Assembly: GCF_009914755.1 (NCBI RefSeq)
Contig: NC_060928.1
Reading direction: 5' to 3' (one strand)
Source of the DNA: the human T2T-CHM13v2.0 reference genome, Homo sapiens
DNA length: 64,000 nt
The stretch's first letter is position 1, and each line of letters opens with the position of its first letter. Below the pieces are notes generated by a model. The model saw nothing but the letters and a program-made list of their open reading frames with translations, did not search any database and had not been told where the DNA came from. Positions 31,991 to 48,432 of the stretch are shown piece by piece. The position numbers and the translations under genes are program-made.

Positions 31991-32439
31991 CAGTGATATG
32001 CTACCCCCGGCTCTATCCATTGTTGCTGTATAGGAATGCTGGCTCGGTGTCACAAGATTTTCTGATTTTTCAAGAGAAGATATAAATCTGGATTTTTTAA
32101 AATACAGAATTTCCCAGTTGGCAGTTGGTAATTGATCCCAATAGAGACAATTAATTGAATTTTTTGAAGACACACTTCCAATTTGTGATCTCTGATTTAT
32201 AGAATCTTTACTCTGGGCCAGAGGCTATGCTAAGCATTTTATATAGATGATCACATTTAATCCTGACAACAGTGCTAAAAGTCATGCTATTATTACTTTT
32301 TTATATATAGTTTAAGAAACTGAGGCTCAAAAGTTTAGCTAACTTGCCCAAAGCTGTGTAGCTATAGAGAAAGAGCCATTATTACAGCTCATGCCTGACT
32401 TTGGACCAGGCATTGCTAATAATATGAATAATATGGAGT

Positions 32440-32905
32440 CAATCCTCTATTGCCACATAATGCTGCTTGACAATCCACGTAGAAACTCAGTGGCTTACAA
32501 CCAGAATTTACTCTCATGCTTATGGTTCTGTAGGATGACTGTGGTATGGGTGATCCCAGTTGGGCTCAGTTGCATGCCTCTGCTTCAAGCTGTGATTCCC
32601 GTGGGATAGGGTCTAGGCTGGGAGTTGGGTTCAAGTCCACTCCATGTGTTTTCACTCTGAAAGGGCAGTAGCTGTGCAGGGTATGCTCTTCCCTTGGGAG
32701 AATACCAGAATGTAAGAACCAAGCCCTCATCGGTGAGTGCATTTAAGGTCTCTAGTCATATTGTGTCTGCTAGCATTCCATTGGTCAAAAGAAGCTATGA
32801 TGCTGAGCCCAACATCTGTGGAGCAGGGAGATATACTTGGCCCACAGAAGGAGGGAGCATGAGCATTGCTCAACAGTGATCCAAACAATCACAACTATTC
32901 TACAC
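32440..32905 (-). mobile_element. MLT1-family LTR
   Basis: ctattgccacataatgctgc..aactcagtggctta...cattccattggtcaaaa. Confidence 0.6.
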
Positions 32906-34048
32906 AGCCTCAGGAAAAGCTGGCTTTCATTCCGATGAAACAAAGACTCCTTTTTTCCCCACTGCCTGTTTGCAAAAATGGCAGATGCTGCAAGGACCTG
33001 GTAAGTGGGGCACAAAGCCATGCAAATCCATCTGAAGTCAGTTCATTTCAGAGATACCACCAGCTTCTGATGGTGTTACACCCTGGAAATGGCAGTCCAG
33101 CTCTAGCTTCTGGAAGGCAACTGGCAAGAGGTAAGGAAGAGATGGTGGGAAGGTAGCCCCTCTCCTTGTTGGGGAGGAGCTTTCATCTTATTCCAGTTCT
33201 CAGCAGTAGAAGCTATGCCTGGAGACTTCCAGGTGTCTCCTGTCCTGGTTCCTGCCTTGTTCTTTCTCTTTTCCCTCATCCTCATTTATGTTTTCACTCC
33301 TCCTTCTCCAATATTCCAGAATATTCATTCATCCATTCAATGAATAGGCATTTATTGACCACCTCCTTTGTGCCAATTGCTGTTCTTGATGCTGTGGTAA
33401 CAGCGAGAACAGGACTGAACCCATCCCAATTTCCATCTGAGCTACTTCTAGTAGAGGCTGGCAAATAACAAACAAGTAAATAAAATGAAAAGCATAATTT
33501 GGGAGAGTGAGAAGTGCTCCCAAGGGCAGACAGAATGGAGAGGGGAGCAAAGAAAGGGAAGGAGGGTGGAGGAGAAAGGGCCCAGCCTCTTAGTGCCTGA
33601 CTAGCCCTTTGCTGTGAAGGCTCACCTTTCACGCTTGGCTTCTCCCTGAAGCTGGGAGCTACTTCAGGCAGGAGCCATATTTGATTCAGCTGTGTCCAAG
33701 GTCAGACGCAAAGCTGCCCCAAACGCTGTTGGGCAGCAGATTATACCACAGTGTCTTGAAATACCTGCATGGTGTCTATGTGAGCAAGACCTGCTGCCTC
33801 CAAGTGTCCTGTCGGTTGTGTTGATCACGTGCATGGGAGGTGAGGGGTGGTATGTACTTGGAGGGGGAGCCCATAGCGAAGGGCAGGGGAGAGAGCCACC
33901 AACAGCTTCTCCACTCCTTTTATGGGATAAACTGGGTGGTCCCTCCATGTACACAGGCTTCATGCAGAGCTCTGGATATGCTGCATTAGACCACCTTGTG
34001 CCTCAGTTTACTGGAGGGATATAACTAACCTCATCAGGTTCCCTAGAG

Positions 34049-34260
34049 CAGAGATTCTCAACAGGGTAAGAAGTGATTTTGCCCTGCCATACCCATATCA
34101 GGGGACATTTGGCAATGTCTGGAAACATTTTTGATGATCACAACTCGGGAGGGAGTACACTGGCATTTAGTGGGCAGAGGCCAGGGATGCTGCCAAACAT
34201 GCCACAATGCACAAGGCAGAATTATCTGGCTCACAATGTCAGTAGTGCCCGGGTGCCCTG
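34049..34260 (+). mobile_element. MER20
   Basis: ggggacatttggcaatgtctgga..gaggccagggatgctgc..aatgtcagtagtgcc. Confidence 0.85.
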
Positions 34261-34479
34261 GAGCCATGCTTGTTAGCCACCCACCCCTCGTGCATCTGTG
34301 CAGGGGCTCAATTTAATTTCTCTATATTATTTTATTTACTTTGAGAATGGGTGATATATGCACATCACAACATTCCAAAAGAACAATAGAGGTCATAGTG
34401 AAAATGCCTCTCTTTCAGTCTTATTAATAGCTCTCCTTCCTCTTCCCCACCCCTACTACCTTGTGCATCTCCTTCCAAA

Positions 34480-34916
34480 CATACTCTGCCTGTTAGTGCC
34501 CCACCTAATATCTTATCGTCTCTCACCTCAACACACCAAAGGCTGCTTTTTGTGACTATCCAAATTTTTCTGCCTGGGGGCTTTTTGTTCTGGCCCTGGG
34601 AGCACCTTTGGCAAACTGGAATTGCCCAAGAGTTAATGCTCCTGGAAGTAGCCCACAACCAAAGACAGGTGGAAAGTTGGTGGATAAATACCTCAGCTTA
34701 TCTTAGGTGAGATAACTCTGAAGGGAGTTCTACACTGTTGGCTTGTTTCACCCTGCAGGATTGCCGTCCAGTTGCTCTCAGTGGTAACGTTCTTGATATT
34801 TTCCCTTAATTGACTACCTTTTCTTCCTTGCCTTACTTCTCCACTCTCCTATCGGAATTTCCTGGGATTGCAAGCGAACATCTCAGAGTGTGATTCTGGA
34901 GGAACCCAAACTAAGA
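34480..34916 (+). mobile_element. LTR16C-like ERVL LTR
   Basis: gagttaatgctcctggaag..ggtggataaatacctcagc..gaggaacccaaactaaga. Confidence 0.65.
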
Positions 34917-34921
34917 GAGGG

Positions 34922-35135
34922 CTATCTATATCTATCTATATCTAGATCTAGATCTATATCTATCTATATCTAGATCTAGATCTATATCTATCTATATCTA
35001 GATCTAGATCTATATCTATCTATCTATATATACATACCTATGTATACATACATAGGTATACATGTATATATACACACACACATATATTCATATGTGTATA
35101 TGTGTATGTGTAGTATATATGTGTATATATAGATA
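34922..35135. repeat. Compound TA-rich tandem repeat with a 28-bp unit x3
   Basis: tctatatctatctatatctagatctaga at 34925, 34953 and 34981, followed by a TA/CA/TG tract. Confidence 0.9.
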
Positions 35136-36290
35136 CAGTTTTTACACAAGTGATAACGTTCTACATCTTGCTTTTTCACTTAATTATATATCTTGGTGGT
35201 GTTCCTTATCAGTATAGTGAGCTACTAATATCTTATTATTTCTTGCAACATTCTATTTCATTATATAGATATCCCGTAACTTATGGGCATCTAGATAGAT
35301 TTTCATCTGTGTTTATCAGTGCCCTTGAAACAGTGCCCTTGAAACAGTTTATCAGTGCTCTTATACATTTGATATAATTTCTTCCAGAGTCATGAGATAT
35401 GCATGTTTAAAATTTTGATAGACATTGCCAATTCTTTATAAAGCCTACACCAATTTATAGCTTCTCACCAGCAACATATGAGTTGAAACTTGGTGCTGAA
35501 AAGATGAAGCCAAATGTTTAGGTTGCCTTTTGTCCCTGCTTTGGTCTCTGCTCAAAGCATGTCCTCTCTTCTGTACCTTGGAAGTGGACATGAGCATGGA
35601 ACTCCCAGGCTGTGGAATACCAGGTGAATGAGTGCAGCCGGGAGGCACCCGGTGGTGTTCCTGAAGGTGTGGACACACATACACACAGCAAACCCACTTG
35701 CTCTCCAGATAGTTGGAATCCTTGTTGGTTAAACGTTATGGAGGAACAAAGTGGTGAACACCTCAAAGATGAAGTTTCCAAATCAGATTCAATAGTGAGA
35801 TATTGAAGGGATATATGCACTTCCCTTGATAGGCCCCTTGCAATTGAGTAGGGGCAAATATTAATACATTCTGAGTGCTCACTGTGTGCCTGGCTGAGAG
35901 CCAAATGCATTCCTTGCATCTTCTTATCATCTCATAGCAACCCTATATTGAAGATGATGTTCTTATTCCTGTCTTTTAATGAGGTTACTGGATGATAAAT
36001 ATATTAATTGACCACTTAGCAGATGGAAACTATTGAAAGCCTAACCCAAACTGCCAGGGTTAAAATCCTGGCTGTTTCTCTTATGAGTTGGGTAACCTTA
36101 GGCAAGATGCCCTTCTTCTCTTTGGTGCTTCTATTTTCTCCTCTGTAAAATGGAAACATTGCTATGAAGGTGAAATAAGTTAATAGATAGAAAATGCTCA
36201 GAAAAAATGGGCTATCTAATCATTGTCTATATGACTCTTGAAACTGGAATTTATTCACTGTATTTTACAGTATCCCAGCAGTCCAGTTCA

Positions 36291-36650
<360 letters not shown>

Positions 36651-36662
36651 TAAGAAAATAAA

Positions 36663-36893
36663 TGAAAGAGATACAAGTTTTATTTCAGAATTCTCAAAGC
36701 GTACTGAGGATTGTTGCTGGAACCACGCTTATGCCTCCGCTGTACGGCTGGCTGGGGGCTCCTGGGGTGGGAGCCGATTACACCACCGTGAGCAGCAGTG
36801 ATAGAAGCACAAGTCGGCACCGACTGTTAGGCTCATCTGCAGAAATCCAGGCTCTCTGCATTCTGGAATAATTTGATCCACACCATCTGGCAG
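36663..36893 (-). ncRNA. Candidate terminal exon of a spliced (probably non-coding) transcript
   Basis: Minus strand: ~35-nt polypyrimidine tract plus AAG acceptor at 36894-36931; AATAAA at 36679-36684; CA cleavage site 16 nt later and a U-rich downstream element. No transcript evidence available. Confidence 0.35.
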
Positions 36894-37760
36894 CTTGAAA
36901 GAAGAAGAAAAAGATGAAGAGGGAGAAGAAACAACAGCCATGTAGCATGAATGTAATTCCTAATCTAAGTTATGCACTCCCATTTGCTTCATGTAATATG
37001 AGCCAAATTTAAACATGTCAACATCTCAACAATTGCTGATTTTTCAAGTGCTATACGATGCATCTGGCGGGCACTCATTGAATGTTCTTCAATGATGTGA
37101 CATAAATCTATTTACTAAAATAGAGTGTATTGAAAAAGTAAATAGTATATTGTAATGTTCTTGAGTTGGCGTTTGCATAAATTGGGACTCTCTGAAATAT
37201 GTGGGTTTGAGATTTAAAAGCACATGACTATGTTTTTAAATGTTCAAAGCATCATAATTGTAGCGCTTACAAACCATTGAGTCTATTTCTCTCATTTTAA
37301 GCATAAGAAAACAGCCGAAGATTAGATTTTGATAATGAGAGAGCCCAACGATCCTGGACCCCTGGCCGGGAGGACAATAGGGGAAACAGGTGAAACACTG
37401 TGTGAGCTGGACCACCCAGGCTCTCCAACACCAGGACACCAGAGCATCCTTCCTCCTTCTTCTCTTCTGCTGCGACTTCCTGGAGGCATAGCAGAGTTAC
37501 AACTGCTGGCCATGTGGAACTTCTGTTCTCCTATAAGTTTGCTCTGAGATGGAGAGATTGTGCCTGTGGTTCATTAGGAAGAGCTCTTGGGATCAATGCC
37601 TGTAAAAAGGAAGGGAAGGAAGCAGGATTGGCCAGAAGGAGAAGTTGAGCTGTGTTGAAGCCTCAATGGAGACCTCAGCCAATTCTGAGTCATGTCCTGA
37701 AGCTAGAATATGTCCTCTAAATTATCCCAAGCTGAGATGAGGGAGCTGGGCATTTAGCCC

Positions 37761-38492
<732 letters not shown>

Positions 38493-38687
38493 TACCCCCA
38501 CGTTGATCAGTCATTAGATGTGGGCCACCCTAGTTGAGGCAGCTCCCCTCGCTCAGGTGGTTCCTGAAGCGAGCTGACAGCTGACGGCTGCATGCCAGAG
38601 GTACTGTCAGCAGCTGAAGGAGAGTCTTTTGTGCTAAAAACCATCTTAAGCAGCACAGCACAGCGTCCACCACATATTGTGGACAGG

Positions 38688-39114
38688 TGATATGGTTTAG
38701 ATCTGTATCCCCGCCACAATTTCATGCTGAATTGTAATCCCCAATGTTGGAGGTAAGCCCTGGTGGGAGGTGTTCGGGTCGTGGGAGCAGATCCCTCATG
38801 AATGGCTTGGGCCATCCTCTTGGTGATGAGGGAACACTCACTCTGAGTGTTCACAAGATCTGGTGGTTTAAACGTGTGTGGCACCTCTCCCCACCCCCAC
38901 TCTTTCTTGTTCCTGCTTTTGCCATGGGACTCGCATGATCCCTTTGCCTTCTGCCAGGACTAAAAGCTCCCTGGAGCCTCCTCAGAAGCTGAGCGATGTT
39001 GGCGCCATGCTTCTGGTACAGCCTGCAGAACCATGAGCCAATTCAACCTCCTTTCTTTATAAATTACCCAGCCTCAGGTATTTCTTTATGGCAATACAAG
39101 AACAGCCTAATACA
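38688..39114 (+). mobile_element. MSTB solo LTR
   Basis: tgatatggttt...cctaataca termini; TSD acagg/ccagg. Confidence 0.9.
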
Positions 39115-39599
39115 CCAGGGGTTTGCAGGTAACCCGGGCCCCTGTCCTTGAGGACACAGCAGCAAGCCATTGGTAAAGCAAAACTGTCCATAAGGAAGGC
39201 TGCTCCCATGCAGTGTTCATTTGGGCAGCCCAGAAATTGAGAAATCCTCGGTCCATTTCAAGTTTGGGGGAAAACTTATTTTTATCATATTTGAGATGAA
39301 TAATAAAAGCAAATCCAGAAGTCGGATGGCATCTTTTATTGGACTTAGACCTGGTGTTGTTGAATGGGATTAGATCTGTGGGATGAAGAATGAATCCTGA
39401 TTCACAGCCACTGCCCTATACTGGACTTATGGAGTCCACCCCTGACACACTGTGGCCTCGGGTGCTGAGACTTCCACGGGGTTTTGGAACTGCCCAGATA
39501 CATGTGTGCCAATTGGAGCCTGGGGTCTGTATGTCTGTCTTCCAGAACGAAAGATCTCTCAGATCCAAAACTGGCTACATATTCTGGAGCATGGAACTT

Positions 39600-40500
<901 letters not shown>

Positions 40501-41381
40501 CGCCAGACCCTAGTACTGGGGAATTGGGGAATGAAGCGCTGATAGGCTGAACATATCGCCTTCCCAGCCTGGGGTGCAAGATTTCACCGCCTGAGGGTAC
40601 TACTGCCGCCATGGGTCAGGTTGTACCTGAAGTAAGATCTGTTTTCCAGGAGTGATTTGGGATATGGGTGAGAACCCCATGGTTGATTTACATTCAGGGA
40701 AAATGCAAAAAGGAATCAGAAATTGCCCCGCCTCTGAATCTCTAGCATTTCTCCAACTTGGCCCGAGGCTGCTTCCACTCTGGCCCTGATTTCTACTGTA
40801 AGCGGCAGGATTCTGAGCAGCAGAGAGTCATCGCCCTCAGGAAGCAGGCTAAGCAATCATTTCAGTCCTTAATCAGGCGCTTAACAAGGAAGGAGGCCAG
40901 CTCCGGGAATGCGTGTGCATTAACTTTGTTAATGGTAAAGGGCTGGACACTGCAAGGTTGCAGTCATCTCCCAAGCAAGCAGGCCTTCCTTGTGCTTTGT
41001 GCCCTAGAAGGTGAGCCTCAGTGACAAACCTGTCAAAAATATGTTTATTGAACACCTACTATACTATGTGCAAGGTGGCTCTGGAGGCAGATCCTGTATA
41101 TTATTTATCTCATTATTCTTAATCCGTGGCACAGGCACAGGACCGAAAGAGAAAAGGTGGGTGTTTGTTGTGCTGTGAAATGAGCCCCACAATCCTCCAG
41201 GTGTGTTCTGGGCGGTGCCACCGCACCTCCATCGTAATTACTGCCATGGTTCCAACCACAGGCCTTGGAGTCAGGTCTCAGTGCAAGCTCCAGATGGATC
41301 ACTTATCAGCTATGAGGTCCTTGGCAAGTTGCTTACCTTCTGTAAGTCTCAGTGACCTCACCTGTGAAACAGGGGAATCAT

Positions 41382-41457
41382 TAGGTTGAAGGATACAAAA
41401 TTACCATTTTTGTGAGTCAAAATGGTCCAGCATCTACAGTTTCATGTGGTTCAACCT
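41382..41457. mobile_element. MADE2 mariner-derived MITE inside a MIR
   Basis: TIRs taggttgaa / ttcaacct; ~76-bp imperfect palindrome. Confidence 0.8.
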
Positions 41458-42589
41458 CCTACGATAGAGGGTTGTTGTGAAAATTAAAGGAGATTATGTA
41501 TTAAAATTTTAATCTAGTCCCTATCACAAGGTAAAAAGCCCTTTTGATTCTCCTCTTCATAATAATAATAATCATAATGATGATTATTTATACCTGCGTA
41601 GGAGAGTTCAGAATGTGGGTGTTGAAGGGGGACCCCCTATTAGTTTTCCCAAAGCGCTCCTGGCCTCCTGCTACACTTCTTACTCCTCCCCTTGGAGGTG
41701 GAGGGAGTCACCTTCTTGGTGAGTGATGGCCATCGATCCATGCTTCTAGATTGGAAGGAACAAACCTGTCAAGAATCCTAAAGGTAAATGTGTGTGTGTT
41801 GTCTCTCTCTGCCCTCTTCCCCTCCACCCTCCTTCCCTGGGCCAGTGCCAGGGAGCAGTCCTGAGTAAGTCGTGTGCTCCACAGACTCAAACTTTCCCCT
41901 ACAGGTTCCTGGCTTCAGAATGGGGTGTGTAGGTGGCGGGAGAGGCAGGGAGAAGTTGGAAGCCCACCTCTGAGTCGTACCTTCCAATCCAGATTTCAGT
42001 AACAATAAAGCGGATGTTTGGACATTCATCTCCAATTCATTCCTGGTACTCCCTTTTTGGCACAGAGGAGACAGCTATAGTTAATTAGTTCCTTCAAGCC
42101 CCCACAGAAGGGGCTGGACCAACTGGCTCAGGAAAGTTGCTGCAGCAGAAATTCTGTTTGTATCTGCTGGAAGACCCTAGACTGGCAGAAAAAGGGAAGT
42201 GGTTCATGTGCGGCAGCTATAAGTAATTTCAGGCCATTGGCTGGGGGTGGAGAGACAAGATCAAGTGTAAGGAATCTCAATAGGGCCTAAAGTTTCCTTG
42301 GCCATTCTAGCCAGAGGGAATTTTCTCACTAGGGAATTTTCCCCTCAGGCCTCACCTTTAACCATGGTCTCCAGATTTCTGCTTTCTAGAACCTTCTCCC
42401 CATCCATATCCCTGTTACTTTCTCATGCTGCCCAGTTGAGCTCCTGCCTTCCTGCCCTCTGCCCATCCTGTACCCAGGCCTGACCTCACCTTATTCTTCC
42501 CGAAGCTCTCCTGGTTGCTCTGCTGTCCAAAGAGCACCTGCACCTCTAGGTCTGGGGCACCTAAGCAGCGCCCATTCAGAGAAATGCAC

Positions 42590-43322
<733 letters not shown>

Positions 43323-43719
43323 TTTGGCTGGAAAAAGCACTGCAGAATCTGTGCAATTAGAGTTTTTCTTTAATGTGATCGATTCCTAGCTGGAGCTCCA
43401 TCTGCACTAAGGGTCGGTGACCAGGAGGGCAGTTTGTTCCTGAGAACATGCAGTGGTAGTCCCCAAGCTCTCCACTATGGAGAGCTTGTGTTGCTCCCCT
43501 TGAATATGGGAGGCCCAGGACTTCTGTGTGTGATGCAGAATGTAACTTCCCAAGCCAGGTCATGAGAGATGTCACCACTTCCTCCAGGACAAGCCCCAGC
43601 TGAGGTCCCAGGTTACAGCCACATAAGCTGCCAGACGCTAGAAAGGGGAAGCCTTCCTGCCACCCTCAGCCCAGCCACAAGCTGCAACTTGCAACTGCAG
43701 AAATCCTTGGCAATGACTG

Positions 43720-44074
43720 TGTATTAGTCCATTTTCATACTGCTATGAAGAAATACCCAAGACTGGGCAATTTATAAAGAAAAAGAGGTTTAATGGACTC
43801 ACAGTTTCACATGGCTAGGGATGCTTCACAATCATTGCAGATGGCAAAGGAGGAGCAAAGGCATGTCTTACATGGCAGCAGGCAAGAGAGAGCATGTGCA
43901 GGGGAACTTCCCTCTATAAAACCATCAGATTTCGTGAGACTGATTCACTATCACAAGAACAGGATGGGAAAGACCTACTCCCTTGATTCAGTTACCTCCC
44001 ACTGGATCCCTACCATGACATGTGGGGATTATGAGAGCTGCAATTCAAGATGAAATTTAGGTGGGGACATAGCC
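43720..44074 (-). mobile_element. THE1 (C-like) MaLR LTR inserted in an MLT1 LTR
   Basis: tgtattagtccattttcatactgctatgaagaaataccc...ggggacatagcc; MLT1 sequence on both sides (~43540-44267). Confidence 0.9.
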
Positions 44075-44289
44075 TAAGACTATCTCAATGTCTACTCCCC
44101 AGAACCAGGAAAGATAATAAGACTCCTGGCTCTGGGGAGTATAATAAGATCATAAGACTGTCTCAAAGTCCACTCCCCAGAACCAGGAGAGATAATAAAA
44201 TAATTGTTGTTGCTTTAAGGTGCTAAGTTTTGGGGTGACTTGTTTCATAACAATAGTAACCAGAATAGAAGGGGTCTAGAATAATATAT

Positions 44290-45185
44290 ATTTTTAATTT
44301 AATTATTTTTATTAATATATAATATTTGTACATTTTGATGGGGTACATGTGATGTTTTGAAACATACAATGCGTAATAATCAAACCAGTGTATTTAGTAT
44401 TTAGGATATCCATCACCTTAAACATTGATCATTTCTTCATACTGGGACTGTTTCGAATTTTCTCTTCTAGCTATTTTGAAATAAATAATATATTACTGTT
44501 AATTGTAGTCACCCTACTGTGCTCTCAAACACTAGAACTTATTCATTCTACCTGTGTGTTTACACCTACTAGTCAACCTCTCTTCCTCCCCATCTCCCAC
44601 CCACACCTTTTCCAGCCTCTAGTAACTATATTGTACTCTCTACCTCCAAGTGATTCACTTTTTTAGCTCCCACATATGAATGAAAACATGTGACATTTGT
44701 CTTTCTGTGCCTGACTGATTTCACTTAACATAATTACCTCCAGCTCCATCCATGTCGCTGTAAATGACAGAATTTTATTCTTTTGTATGGCTGAATAGTA
44801 TTACATTGTGTATATATACACCACATTTTTAATCCATTCATCTATTGATGGACACTTAGGTTGAGTCCACATGTTGGCCATTGAGATTAGTGCTGCAGTA
44901 AGTATTGGGGTGCAGGTATCCCCTGGATACACTGATTTCTTTTCCTTTGGAAAAATGCCCAGTAGTGAAATTTCTAGATGGGATGGTAGTCCTAACTTTA
45001 GTTTTTGGAGAGACCTCCATACTGTTTTCCATAATGGCTGTACTAATTTACATCCTCACAAACATTGTATAAGAGTTTCCTTTCCTCTGCATCCTTGCCA
45101 GCATTTGTTATTTTTGTCTTTTTGATAATAGCTATTGTAACTGGGGTAAGATGATATCTCATTGTGGTTTTCATTTGCATATTGC
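44290..45185 (-). mobile_element. L1MA 3' end
   Basis: ggggtacatgtgat.., ttttagctcccacatatgaatga.., ccatactgttttccataatggctgtac. Confidence 0.88.
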
Positions 45186-45354
45186 CTGGGGTATATTTTT
45201 GTTCTTCTTCCAGCGATACTCTATTTTTTTGCACTATAGCTAATGTACGAAGTGTAAGATGTCTGTAGCCCAAACATGAAATCTATATCTATATTGGGAA
45301 GGAGTTGTTATAATAATGGTTTTGCATTTTTTTGTCTCATATTAGGCTCTAGAG

Positions 45355-45546
45355 CAGTGCTGTCCCATAGAACTTTCTGCAGTAACAGAAATGGTCTCCA
45401 TCTGCATTTTCCATCTGGTACCCACTGGCTGCATGTGGTTATTGAGCCCTTGAAATGTGGCTAGTGCAAAGGAGGAGCTGGACTTTAAATATTATTTAAA
45501 TTTAAATAGCCTCATGTGTTACTGGCTGCTTTACTAGATAACGCAG
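45355..45546. mobile_element. MER3 (hAT-Charlie)
   Basis: cagtgctgtcccatagaactttctgc..gaaatgtggctagtgc..aatagcctcatgtg. Confidence 0.75.
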
Positions 45547-46239
45547 CTTTGGCAGGACTATTTTAGATTTCATGCACTCATATATCAATTCTTACCTCCA
45601 TGCTATACCTGTTTTATTAAGTGAAGGGGAAAAAATACCTGATAGGCATACTGTTACAGAATAATTGAAGACTTTGCTTTTGGCAAACAAAACAAAACAG
45701 AAAACCAAAAGCACTTTGCAAAACTGGAAAATCACCAACTCTATCAAATTAGCATTTTGGTACCAAGTGGCCATGAAGACTCTGAAGCTGGGTTATTAGA
45801 GGTCAGAACGCATTCAGCCATCAACTCAATGAGAAAGGAAGCCCCACCCCAGCCCTGTAGACATGGCTCTTGGAATGCACAAGCAGAAATCAATTCCACC
45901 TGTGCATGGAGACAGGCACGGCGGGCTGCAGTGTGGACTTCCACTTTTTAATTTCATACACTTTGGTCACGTTTGTTTTTTTTTTTACTCAGAGAGAATA
46001 ATTAATTTCTCAATTTATGTCCTGTATTTTACAGCTGTGTATTTTAGTGAAGGAAAAACTTTTGCATTTTTAAAAGCATGTTTTTATTTTAAAGAGGGAT
46101 ATTGTGAGTTACAAAACAGTAAAAATCTGAAAATTAGAAGTAAGAGTATGAAAGATCTACTCAAATTATTGAAGAAGTTCTGAGTTAATAGATATCTGTG
46201 GCTTTTTTTTAAGTGTAATTTTAAAAGTTTTATTGTTGC

Positions 46240-46388
46240 TGTTTTTTGAGACACTGGGTCTCTGTTGCCCAGGCTGGAGTGGTACAGTGGCACAATCATG
46301 GCTTACTGCAGCCTTGAACTCGTGGGCTCAAGTGATCCTCCCACCTGAGCCACCCAAGTAGCTGCAGGCATGTGCCACCATGCCTGGC
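46240..46388 (-). mobile_element. FRAM/AluJ monomer
   Basis: Single right-type Alu monomer. Confidence 0.8.
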
Positions 46389-47573
46389 TTTTGTGCCATT
46401 TGTAAGGAAAAGATATGTGACTTTCAATACTGAGAGTAACACAAACTAATAGAAAACAGAATGCTGCCAGGAAGAAATTCTGCCAAATCAAGTCAATGAA
46501 TTATAATTATTTCTAACCAGTCCATTAATTAACTGGGCACAAAAGGATGTTGTACAGAGTTCAAAAGTATTTTTCCAAGTAGGTTAAACATACCCTTCCT
46601 ACCTCATCTTGCTTACATGGACATTTCACTCCACAAACTCTAATTTTATTCAAAGAAAAAAAGTAAGTTTTAATATTGTCTAAATTCTCCAAATTCTCAC
46701 AAACTATAACTAAAAAGAGTTCAGATAAAAAGCTTCTGGTATAAAATAGCGGGGAAAAGAAAAGAAAAAACACTCAAAGGGGTAGAGGAAAGAAATCAAA
46801 CAATCATGAATATTTGTTGAGTACCACATATCGACGTAGATTAAAGAGGGAAAAAAAGGATACATTTTCCATTTTCAGGCACTTACATTTTAATCAGCGA
46901 TTGACAACGTAATTATAAAAAGAAACAATATCGGCCAAATGTGAGTTTTTGGCTAGGATTTTTATTTCTCTGTTCAGTTGTGGCTAGAAAAGAATAGAGA
47001 CGTTCCCAAATTCTGGGCCCTCAAGCAAAATGTTCCAGAAAGCACCTTTCTAATCATTCTGAAAATTACTCTTATAAAGAAAAAACTAAAACAAAGTGCT
47101 CAAGAGATGGAGGCTCATTATAGAAAAATATTAAAAAATACAGAGAAGCAAAAGAAGATAAAAAAATTACCTATAATCCTACTCCTCCAAGATATACTTT
47201 TATGTTCTCTTGAATTTTTATATGCTTGTATTTGCCTGTGTTTTTATTTGCCAAAATAACATTTTACATATTGCTTGAAACCTGTTTATTTTTCTCACTT
47301 GATAATAAATCATCAACATGTTTTTATGGCAATAAACAAACACCATAATATTTTTAATGTCTACGAGTATTCTACTGCGTGGGTATTCCAAAATTTATTT
47401 AACCAACTGCTGTTATTGGACATTTAAGTTATTTTATTTCCTCTATCAGAAACAAAGCAGTAACCAACAGTCTCATTTTTGAATCTTTGTTTATATCTTG
47501 ATTTCCACAGGAAATGACATTAATGGGTGAAAGAACATGGCAAGTACATTTGTAAAAACATAGTCCTCACATT

Positions 47574-47877
<304 letters not shown>

Positions 47878-48214
47878 TTACATTGAGTAAAATTTAAAAT
47901 AGTGACAGTATGGGTGGTGGAATCTGACAGATATCTGGTTAGTTAGCTCTGTGATCCCAGGCAAGTAAACTGTTGAGTTCCACACTGAATCTGTAGACAG
48001 GAGAATAATGACCGCTGTGTGGCTTGTTGGGGCAGTTAAATGAATACGTATGTGCATATGTAGGTGTCCTGGGTACAGTGCCTGGCACACAATAGGTGCT
48101 TCATCAATTTCAGGTCCCTTTCTTCCTGAGTCCCCACCTAGTATGAAACCTATTTCTCCTCCACCACGCTCTTGTGTCAGAATGGCTCGTTTTAGATTGT
48201 CACTGATTCTGCTG

Positions 48215-48432
48215 AAAAAGAGGGAGAAGGGGAGGCAGGTGCAGAGAGAGGGAGGAAGAAGAAGGAAGAGAAGAAGAGGGAAGGAGGAAAGGAGGGAGGA
48301 GGGAAGGAGACCGAGAGGAGAAAGAGACAGAGAGAAAGGGAGAAGGAAGGAGGAAGATGGGAGGGAGAGAAGGAGCAGGGAGAGACAAAAGGAGTGAGGG
48401 AGGGAAGGAGGTGTTAAGGGAATGGAGAAGGA
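48215..48432. repeat. GA-rich low-complexity tract
   Basis: About 220 bp almost purely purine. Confidence 0.9.

Noticed and set aside
34925-35008. 28-bp partly palindromic repeats resembling a CRISPR array
   Set aside because: No spacers, low complexity, eukaryotic context and no cas genes
41382-41457. Hairpin considered as a miRNA precursor
   Set aside because: Explained by a degenerate MADE2 MITE; no expression evidence
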